From a virus, in the IMG/VR virus record IMGVR_UViG_3300021791_000004, positions 1 through 42,218 of that record: a DNA stretch of 42,218 bases; one strand, written 5' to 3'. The notes beneath the pieces were generated by a model. The model saw only the letters and a program-made list of their open reading frames with translations, made no database searches and had not been told where the DNA came from. Made by a program: the position numbers and the translations under genes. Positions 1 to 6,445 of this stretch are shown here, one piece after another (positions within the stretch are counted from its first letter, which is position 1; every line of letters starts with the position of its first letter).

Positions 1-149
1 CCTGCTACCAGCCACTTTGAGCGTTATTGGGTACGCATGGTGGAGGTTACTGTTAGGAGCGTGGCAGGCGGCGATTTCTACGCCAGCAGGTGATCTAACT
101 ATCCATCCTTGCACTTTCCCGCTTTGCTCGCTGCAGGTTCACTTTCATT
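1..149. repeat. Direct terminal repeat, copy at low-coordinate end (identical to 42070..42218)
   Basis: Bases 1-149 (cctgctaccagccactttgag...ggttcactttcatt) recur base-for-base at 42070-42218. The second copy ends at the window edge, so the true repeat could be longer. Confidence 0.9.
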
Positions 150-431
150 AATGCTAGCCATACTTGGGCTGTTACTAGCTGTTCACCCTTGCTATCGGGC
201 TACTGGGTCATGGTCTCTGGTTCGTATTGTTGTCTCCTTTGTTGGTGTCGGTCGTTGTCATGCTGGTATTATACTCGGCATAATGGCAATCCATCATCAC
301 TAATTTTAAAAACTTTTAACAACTTGTCATAACTCTAGCTTTATCAACACTTTGCAACAGGCAAAAAAACTTAAATTCGTAAAATAAAATTCCAAAACTG
401 ACTTGAAATTTCAATTATGCGATGTTTTAAG

Positions 432-541
432 GCTAAAAACAGCACAAAAAACAGCATAAAACACGGTAAAAACAGTCACAAACAATCAAAAACACTAAAA
501 AACCCCGCAAAAACAACTGATACACCACGGTAAAAACACAC
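432..541. repeat. Array of about 9 phased A-tracts (AAAAACA-type; TGTTTTT on the coding strand)
   Basis: A-tracts start at about 435, 446, 458, 468, 480, 488, 497, 509 and 532, mostly 8-12 bp apart. The plus strand here is almost free of G and T. Confidence 0.8.
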
Positions 542-578
542 ACTACTATAAAAGGTGTCGCCACAGTCCCACCGCTGG

Positions 579-609
579 CCAGCCCACAGCCAGCCCACAG
601 CCAGCCCCA
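579..609. repeat. Tandem 11-mer CCAGCCCACAG, about 2.8 copies, inside a GC-rich island
   Basis: ccagcccacag at 579-589 and 590-600, then ccagcccca at 601-609. Read directly from the sequence. Confidence 0.85.
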
Positions 610-753
610 CCGGCAATACAGCGTTGCCACAATCCCAATCATGGCCAGTTCCGTGGCCCGATCCGGATCAATCCAAAGGCAATCCCCATGCAGCCACAGC
701 CGTGCGAGAAGTTTTTCAGGCGAGGCCAGTCGGTCGGTGACAGAAGAAGGATT

Positions 754-774
754 GACCACCCCAAGGGGGTGATC
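754..774 (-). terminator. GC-rich hairpin downstream of the last gene (weak terminator candidate)
   Basis: The minus strand reads gatcaccccc-ttg-gggtggtc: about 9 bp of stem including one G-U, with a 3-nt loop. It lies 58-78 nt after the stop at 832. The trailing aatccttcttc is only moderately U-rich. Confidence 0.3.
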
Positions 775-831
775 CGGCCTAGTGTCGATATGAACACCTG
801 AGAAATATGTTCTACCCCTAAAGCTCCCCTT

Positions 832-1191
832 TTAGTCCTCCCCCTCCTCCTCCTCTTCTTCTGACACTGAGCTGAACCCCTCATCATCCTCTAAGCCAGC
901 AGGATGGTAAATCACGAAGACACCTTTGAGTATATCCCCATATAGGTCTACCTCTGAGTCTTCCCAGTACCTAGGGAAGCTCAAGGACCTCAAGGTTATC
1001 CTCTGTACCCCCGGTTCCTCTTTATCTTCTTCATACTTAATAACATGAATATCAGAAGCATGCTCAAGGACCCTTATAGCCCTTCCAGCCATCCCTATGT
1101 CCACCTTAGTAAAGACTGTCGCTCCATACCTCCGTAGCTTTCGGTCTGTCTCAGGGCCTTCTAGTCGCCCTATTGCTTTCCTAATAGCCAC
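832..1191 (-). CDS. Hypothetical protein with a poly-Glu acidic C-terminus
   Basis: ORF ending ...SSVSEEEEEEGED. The codon at 1191 is GTG, preceded by gaaaggga. An alternative ATG at 1092 (MAGRAIRV...) is preceded by aaggtgg. No family recognised. Confidence 0.55.
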   Translation of the reverse strand: MAIRKAIGRLEGPETDRKLRRYGATVFTKVDIGMAGRAIRVLEHASDIHVIKYEEDKEEPGVQRITLRSLSFPRYWEDSEVDLYGDILKGVFVIYHPAGLEDDEGFSSVSEEEEEEGED

Positions 1192-1505
1192 TCTATATCC
1201 CTTTCAATTGTGGAGATCTGCTTTTGGGTAGCTAAGTGACCTTGGTCAACATGCTCCTTAAACTCAGACCTAATAAACAAGCCTACCGATAAGACCAAAC
1301 CTACAGTAGCCATAACCAAGGGCCAAGATACTGACTTACCTTGAAGGACCAAGGTTTTGACCTCATCGAACCCTGTAGTCAAAGCTTTTTCTACTTGTCC
1401 TAATCGGTTATCTAGGCTATTTACATGACCTTTAAGGGATTGCACTTCTGTTTCAACAGCAGCAGTTCTAGCGTGTACATCAGAGGGATCATGGGGAATA
1501 GGCAT
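1170..1505 (-). CDS. Membrane-anchored coiled-coil protein (holin or lysis-regulator candidate)
   Basis: ATG at 1505, 111 aa. N-terminal heptad-like helix (VETEVQSLKGHVNSLDNRLGQVEKAL) and one central hydrophobic span (WPLVMATVGLVLSVGLFI). It lies directly downstream of the HExxH gene. Confidence 0.6.
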   Translation of the reverse strand: MPIPHDPSDVHARTAAVETEVQSLKGHVNSLDNRLGQVEKALTTGFDEVKTLVLQGKSVSWPLVMATVGLVLSVGLFIRSEFKEHVDQGHLATQKQISTIERDIEWLLGKQ

Positions 1506-1513
1506 CTCACATA

Positions 1514-1852
1514 TTAGCTCCTGCTCTTTTTAATATTATTATCAAATAAGAAATTAAACACTTTAAGGTTCCTAGGTTCAGTAAGGACAGTAAGGAGTCC
1601 CCCAGTTAGCCTGACTACTTGCTCCTCTGTTAGGTGAGTCCCTGAGGCCCCATAGGTGAAGTCAATTGCATGAATAATCTCATGTAGAATAGTATCAGAT
1701 AGACAGTCAGTAACCTGCTGACTATCTACCTTAATTCTGCCAGCAGTGAACAGAAGCTGACCCAAGTCATCTCCCATATTTTCACCAGAAATTTTCTCTA
1801 TTAAAAAACTACGATTACCTACCACCACCCTAGAAGGGAGCTTATTCGACAT
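1514..1852 (-). CDS. Small HExxH zincin-like protein (putative metallopeptidase)
   Basis: ATG at 1852, 112 aa. HEIIH (aa 57-61, nt 1670-1684) sits in the hydrophobic helix context TILHEIIHAIDF, with THLTEEQVV downstream. No signal peptide. Confidence 0.6.
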   Translation of the reverse strand: MSNKLPSRVVVGNRSFLIEKISGENMGDDLGQLLFTAGRIKVDSQQVTDCLSDTILHEIIHAIDFTYGASGTHLTEEQVVRLTGGLLTVLTEPRNLKVFNFLFDNNIKKSRS

Positions 1853-1872
1853 ACTCGATCCCCCTCTCTCTT

Positions 1873-2526
1873 CTATAAAGAACCCCCAAGATGCACACCA
1901 ATCTTAAGAGAGGTATTCTTAATGGCCCCTCTACCTATCCAATAGGTCATGCTGGTTGACTTAACAAAATCAGTAGATGCAGTGTAGTGAATCTTCATCT
2001 GTATGTGGTCTACTCTGGGAGAAGGAGTACTTCCTCCAGCGCGTCCCGCTGAGATCACACTGCCAAACTTAGAGCTGTTGACTGCTGCAGGGGTCAACTG
2101 GGTAGTGGCACTGAAACCCCAAAGGTCACTTGAAGAACCTCTAGTCTGAGTACTATCAGAAAAAACCCCCCATGTACCGGCTTCAGCATTCTCATCACTA
2201 CCCTCATAGGAACCTCCACCAAGAACTAACTTGATAGAGTTATCCTTAGATGCCATAGCTCCGTCACACTCGTACTGCAGTTCTACACCTGTAATAGTGG
2301 CCCCTGCAGGAATCCCAAAGTGATACTGAGAGCTGTAAAGATAAGCAGAAGGATTTGATGAGTCTATACCAGACACAGTAACTGCATCATCATTATCCGA
2401 TGTAATCAAGAGGGCAGTCAGGGACGCAGCAGAAGTACTGTCGGTATCAGGATCCTCCCATAAGCTAGTCCCAATGGAGTCGTCATTCTCCACCCTTGAG
2501 GGAGAAGTGTAGCCTTCAGTAGCCAT
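1873..2526 (-). CDS. Hypothetical Ser/Thr/Gly-rich protein (possible virion or tail accessory)
   Basis: The track ORF starts at GTG 2532. ATG 2526 (MATEGYTS...) follows gggaggtaa at a suitable distance. The composition looks beta-rich. No family recognised. Confidence 0.6.
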   Translation of the reverse strand: MATEGYTSPSRVENDDSIGTSLWEDPDTDSTSAASLTALLITSDNDDAVTVSGIDSSNPSAYLYSSQYHFGIPAGATITGVELQYECDGAMASKDNSIKLVLGGGSYEGSDENAEAGTWGVFSDSTQTRGSSSDLWGFSATTQLTPAAVNSSKFGSVISAGRAGGSTPSPRVDHIQMKIHYTASTDFVKSTSMTYWIGRGAIKNTSLKIGVHLGGSL

Positions 2527-2547
2527 GAGCACTTACCTCCCTCTTAG

Positions 2548-2856
2548 TTAGATTGTATATAGATTGACTAGACCACTACAAGTACCTGATGAATGTGTAA
2601 GTGTAGCTTGCATTTGAGGGAATAGAGCGACTCTGATAGAACCATTAGTATTTGCATATGCAGTAGAGTCTATCTCAGTCCATGAAGAGTTATCAGACAT
2701 ACGCCCTTCAATCTTGATAGTAGCAGTGCCAACTCCTACTTCAGATTGGATTAAACCTTCGTTGTTCTTTGCAAGTCTTCCACAACCAGTAGCTACCGTT
2801 CCAGTAGTTGATCCTGATGTAATATCGGCAGCATTCAGTAAATTAAAAATAGGCAT
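2548..2856 (-). CDS. Hypothetical small beta-rich protein
   Basis: Two in-frame ATGs at 2862 and 2856. The SD gaaaggaaag is better spaced for 2856 (MPIFNLL...). Product is 102-104 aa and Gly/Thr/Ser-rich. Confidence 0.6.
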   Translation of the reverse strand: MPIFNLLNAADITSGSTTGTVATGCGRLAKNNEGLIQSEVGVGTATIKIEGRMSDNSSWTEIDSTAYANTNGSIRVALFPQMQATLTHSSGTCSGLVNLYTI

Positions 2857-2890
2857 AACCATCTTTCCTTTCGTGTTGAATCAGAACTAC

Positions 2891-3070
2891 TTATTTCTTT
2901 CCTGTACGGTTCATAAGGCGGCCCATTCCCCTAACTGCCACCGTACCCGCAGTTGTAAACGCCTTCCTAAAAAATTGGTTCTTTTTATCTTCCAATCCTT
3001 GTATCTTTTTTAAAGTACTGCCTATCTCTTCAATTCTTTGACCTGCTACTTTTCTAAAAGAAGTTCCCAT
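2891..3070 (-). CDS. Small basic protein, 59-aa model (alternative: one 92-94-aa ORF reaching 3169/3175)
   Basis: ATG 3070 (MGTSFRKVAGQ...) follows aaaggg by 8 nt. The track's 94-aa ORF begins with TTG at 3175. The two models cannot be separated from sequence alone. Confidence 0.4.
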   Translation of the reverse strand: MGTSFRKVAGQRIEEIGSTLKKIQGLEDKKNQFFRKAFTTAGTVAVRGMGRLMNRTGKK

Positions 3071-3074
3071 GTCT

Positions 3075-3182
3075 TTAACCCTTTCTGTTGGTGGTTTTCT
3101 TTTTCTTCTTCCTAGCTGCAGCCTTAGCTTTAGCTTTCCCTTTAGCTGTGTACGCATAACGCTTTCCATCAACAACTGGCAT
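3075..3182 (-). CDS. 35-aa Lys/Ala-rich peptide (not in the ORF track)
   Basis: ATG 3182 is preceded by tgaaaggaacttaagg (good SD). Translation: MPVVDGKRYAYTAKGKAKAKAAARKKKKKTTNRKG, stop TAA at 3075-3077. It overlaps the 5' part of the 94-aa track ORF in another frame. Confidence 0.4.
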   Translation of the reverse strand: MPVVDGKRYAYTAKGKAKAKAAARKKKKKTTNRKG

Positions 3183-3198
3183 CCTTAAGTTCCTTTCA

Positions 3199-4902
3199 TT
3201 ATCTTGCTTGGGCCATCCTAGTTTGCCTTCGTGACTTTCCCCATCTGGGAGCTTGATCTGTACTTGCTCCTCCAGCAGCTACGACGAACTTATTCAGCTC
3301 TGCATCTAGCAAAGCCTCTCTCCTACTGCTTATAGCTTTGTCAGCGTCCCTTCTTAGCTGCTCATTGAAGTAATTAACTGCTGTAGATAAGGCATCTAGC
3401 CTATCGTCGTGCACTAAGCACCCTCTATCCCTTGTTATGTGGCTTAGTTGGTACATTAAGGAGAAAGCAGAGGTGAAATCCCCTTCTCTGTGACTAGGTA
3501 CAGTTGTATCTTCTTCAATCACAGCAGTATCAACTACCAAACGATGTTGGGTCAGGACAGGCTCTAATGTATCTATGATTCGTGCTTCTTTCTGCCCACT
3601 GACTCTTATTTCTTCTACTACACAGGGGTATTCCTTATCAAAGTAGGGTTTAAGAATAGATCCGAACATACCATCACCATAGTTACTCTCATATAGGGTC
3701 TTCTGTACCTTATATGTCTTAGCATCCTTAACTATTTGCTTAAGCACCTCCTCGTCATAGCCGTTTTGATCACCTCCAGACTTCAATAGGTACAAATAAC
3801 CGTTAAGAAACTTGATTATTATCCATGTAGTCTCATCCTTACCTCGTCCTGAGGGGTCAATTACAAGTATTGAACCTGTATATGGCAACCATTCCTCCTT
3901 AGATACCTGCATAGGCTGGTAATACCTGTCCCCATCGAACCCATAGCACTCTATATCCCATGCTAAGTCAGGAGATTTGGCCCAAACTACCTTCTGAGGG
4001 GCCACTTCATCGTTAAGATTCATGACAATCAGGTCATCTATCTTCAATGGATAGCGAACCATGTCAGATAGACGAGTATCAAGCATGAATTGGAGAGCAA
4101 AACCAGACCTACCATAGGAGATCTCCCTAGAGTTCAGCTCAAAGTCTGGAAACCTAGTGGGTTCAGTAGGAGTTCCTCTTAAACTAGGGGTATCTTTGAC
4201 TGCCTCTTTGATGTGGGGCATCAATTTGTCCCCTAGGAACTCTTCATACTCCTCATTTGGATAGCGAGCCGGGAGTAGGATTTGCTTGTACCCTCGGTTC
4301 ACCAATTCGTTATATAAAGATTGGATAGTTTGTGGTGTGCCTAGGTAAGCAATTCTCCCTCCCGGTTTAATTACTGCTTCAAACTCCTTTACCGATTCCC
4401 TTATCTTCTCTCTCATACCTTCCGTAGCTGAGTTCTTTGGGTTCTCAACATCGTCAGGGATAATCAAATCAGATCTATCACCAGTAATGTTGCCAGATAT
4501 GGATGCTGACTTCATTGACGGAGATTGATCAGACTTACAGGGACCAATATCAAACTTGACAGTCGATTGACGCTGATGGGTCTTAGGTCTTAAGTGCTGT
4601 AAGAACTCAACCTGATTAATTAAGTCCAAGCAGAAGGTTGAGAAGTTGGCAGCACGTTGCCCACTCGCAGATACCACCATAATCTTAGTGTCATAGTTCC
4701 AATACCAAGACCATAAACAGAAAGCACTTGTAATAAAGGACTTACCAACCCCTCTGAATCCTCCAAACATCAGTCTATCAGGACCGTGTTGCAGTAAGTG
4801 AGCAAGTTCATACTGATTGGTGGTAGGCTCAGGGAGATCTAAGAACTCCCAGATTCGATACAAGAAGTTTCTAAAATCTTTAAAGCCTTCTTCTTGTGCC
4901 AT
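3199..4902 (-). CDS. Terminase large subunit (T7 gp19-like)
   Basis: 567 aa. P-loop-like GGFRGVGKSF and Walker-B-like LIIPDDVEN. Size and position (after the small terminase candidate, near the genome end) match T7 gp19. Confidence 0.9.
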   Translation of the reverse strand: MAQEEGFKDFRNFLYRIWEFLDLPEPTTNQYELAHLLQHGPDRLMFGGFRGVGKSFITSAFCLWSWYWNYDTKIMVVSASGQRAANFSTFCLDLINQVEFLQHLRPKTHQRQSTVKFDIGPCKSDQSPSMKSASISGNITGDRSDLIIPDDVENPKNSATEGMREKIRESVKEFEAVIKPGGRIAYLGTPQTIQSLYNELVNRGYKQILLPARYPNEEYEEFLGDKLMPHIKEAVKDTPSLRGTPTEPTRFPDFELNSREISYGRSGFALQFMLDTRLSDMVRYPLKIDDLIVMNLNDEVAPQKVVWAKSPDLAWDIECYGFDGDRYYQPMQVSKEEWLPYTGSILVIDPSGRGKDETTWIIIKFLNGYLYLLKSGGDQNGYDEEVLKQIVKDAKTYKVQKTLYESNYGDGMFGSILKPYFDKEYPCVVEEIRVSGQKEARIIDTLEPVLTQHRLVVDTAVIEEDTTVPSHREGDFTSAFSLMYQLSHITRDRGCLVHDDRLDALSTAVNYFNEQLRRDADKAISSRREALLDAELNKFVVAAGGASTDQAPRWGKSRRQTRMAQAR

Positions 4903-4907
4903 GTAGA

Positions 4908-5129
4908 TTATTCCTCTGGCAAGGGGAATGGTAAGCTCTTAAAGTCTAGAGCCTTCTCTAAAGGGTGAAGATCTTCTGGTGTGAATCCCAGATTGGCATC
5001 TTTAAGCAAGACATAGATTGCATTAATGTCTGAAGCAGACAAAGGTTCTAGCTGATTTACCTTCTCCATTACCTTATCTAAGAACTTCTTCTTTAATTCT
5101 AGCAGTACATTAGGATCTTCAAGTGACAT
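4908..5129 (-). CDS. Small terminase subunit candidate (T7 gp18 position)
   Basis: 73-aa helical protein immediately upstream of the large terminase. The call rests on size and synteny only. Confidence 0.5.
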   Translation of the reverse strand: MSLEDPNVLLELKKKFLDKVMEKVNQLEPLSASDINAIYVLLKDANLGFTPEDLHPLEKALDFKSLPFPLPEE

Positions 5130-5144
5130 ATGTATATATCCTTC

Positions 5145-6407
5145 TTATGAGGTATCAGCACTCTCTTTCGAGAACTCTATCTGTGCATACCAGTTATTAA
5201 GGCTATCCCCATGATCTGTTGTCTCACCTAGATTACCGACTGTAGAGTTGCCCCCATCTGAAATGAACTGCAATGCACAGACGGATGTTTCTGTTAGTAT
5301 AAATCTTCCTGATCCTACATTGGTAGCACTATGCGTACTGTCATTTGAGCTGGTAGTAGCACCATATACTTTTACGGCTGTCCCGGTTTTATCGTAGAAT
5401 CTAGTCTTAACATTATTGGGACTTCTGAAGATACACCACCAATTAGTTCTCCAAGTTCCTGCACCTATTGTAAATGTAAATGTTGCTCCTGCTGTGATAG
5501 TACCATCAGAAGGAGCTTCTGAAGCAGCGAAAGTTATTCCAGTTGAAACTGCACCATGTTCAATAGCTGTAAAGGGACGATCATAATGAGTATCACTTAC
5601 AATTGGATAGGTATGCTCTTCTGCTACTCCTATTGCATAGTAAGCACGCGAATATGGAATAGACTTTAAGACGTTGGTAACTTGGGAAGCATCTATAGCA
5701 GGTAAGCCAGTAGCATCTGCTTGAACTAAGTTGTTTTCAGAAGTACCTGCAGTTAACAATGAAGCGTTGCCTAAATCAGAGTTCAAAGGAACTGCACCAG
5801 CCGCAGTACCATGAGCTTTTAGAGATGCAGTTCCTAAGTCTCCGTTTGTCGGTAGCTGTCCAGCACCAGTACCAGTAGCCAATACGGCTGCTGTCCCTAA
5901 GCCCAACCCATTTCTAGCATTAGCAGGAGATGTAGCTTCCCACGCATTGCCTGCTGCGGTTACTTGCATGATCCATTCTGCTTGATCAGATACTTCAGGA
6001 AGTTCAGTAGCTGCTGCAGATGCTAAAGCTTGAGCTGTAGTTATCGCATCTGTAGATGCATCTAAAGCTTCCTCTGCTAAGAAGATCCCTTGTCTGGTAG
6101 CCGTATCTAGATCAGCTTCAGTTAGGGTACTACCATCCGCAAAGTCAACTTCTAGAGAGGACCTTGAAGTCTTCCTCCGTATCTTGATATTGTCTGTTCC
6201 TGATGCAGGGGCTGAGTTGAATACTACTTGGTATCCATTTACTGCTGAGCCTCCTGCTTGAATCTTATAGTCAGTAGTTATAGTCTGCAGAGTGCCACTG
6301 ACAAATACCTCTACATCAGCAGAAGAGATGAACGGAATATTAGGAAAGTCAAAGGCAGTTGTACTTGCGTTTCCATTATAAAGGATAGTAGCGTAGTAAT
6401 CTGGCAT
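5145..6407 (-). CDS. Tail fibre (T7 gp17-like N-terminal adaptor domain, divergent C-terminus)
   Basis: N-terminus: FDFPNIPF...TDYKI...RRKTSRSSLEVDFADGSTLTEADLD, compared with T7 gp17 RRVTSTTDRLVDFTDGSILRAYDLN. Middle: repeats of the type GTAAGAVPLNSDLGNASL. The C-terminal half is not recognisable. Confidence 0.85.
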   Translation of the reverse strand: MPDYYATILYNGNASTTAFDFPNIPFISSADVEVFVSGTLQTITTDYKIQAGGSAVNGYQVVFNSAPASGTDNIKIRRKTSRSSLEVDFADGSTLTEADLDTATRQGIFLAEEALDASTDAITTAQALASAAATELPEVSDQAEWIMQVTAAGNAWEATSPANARNGLGLGTAAVLATGTGAGQLPTNGDLGTASLKAHGTAAGAVPLNSDLGNASLLTAGTSENNLVQADATGLPAIDASQVTNVLKSIPYSRAYYAIGVAEEHTYPIVSDTHYDRPFTAIEHGAVSTGITFAASEAPSDGTITAGATFTFTIGAGTWRTNWWCIFRSPNNVKTRFYDKTGTAVKVYGATTSSNDSTHSATNVGSGRFILTETSVCALQFISDGGNSTVGNLGETTDHGDSLNNWYAQIEFSKESADTS

Positions 6408-6445
6408 GATTTATCTCACTCTTTTTCTAAGGGGTATCAAGCTTC

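Noticed and set aside
109-303. Plus-strand 64-aa hydrophobic ORF starting inside the terminal repeat
   Set aside because: It has a TTG start and no SD, and is the only plus-strand candidate in a genome otherwise transcribed entirely from the minus strand. It also starts within the terminal repeat. Most likely a chance open frame.
432-541. A-rich periodic repeats considered as a CRISPR-like or tandem-repeat array
   Set aside because: The repeat units are only about 7 nt with 1-8-nt spacers (one about 16 nt), far too short for CRISPR repeats and spacers. They are better described as phased A-tracts.
433-887. ORFs 433..759 (-), 555..740 (+) and 639..887 (-) in the terminal non-coding region
   Set aside because: They have GTG or weak starts without an SD. 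Their products are low-complexity (FLCCF..., Pro-rich, or poly-Arg) because they read through the A-tract array, the tandem 11-mers, or the antisense of the poly-Glu tail. They mutually overlap.
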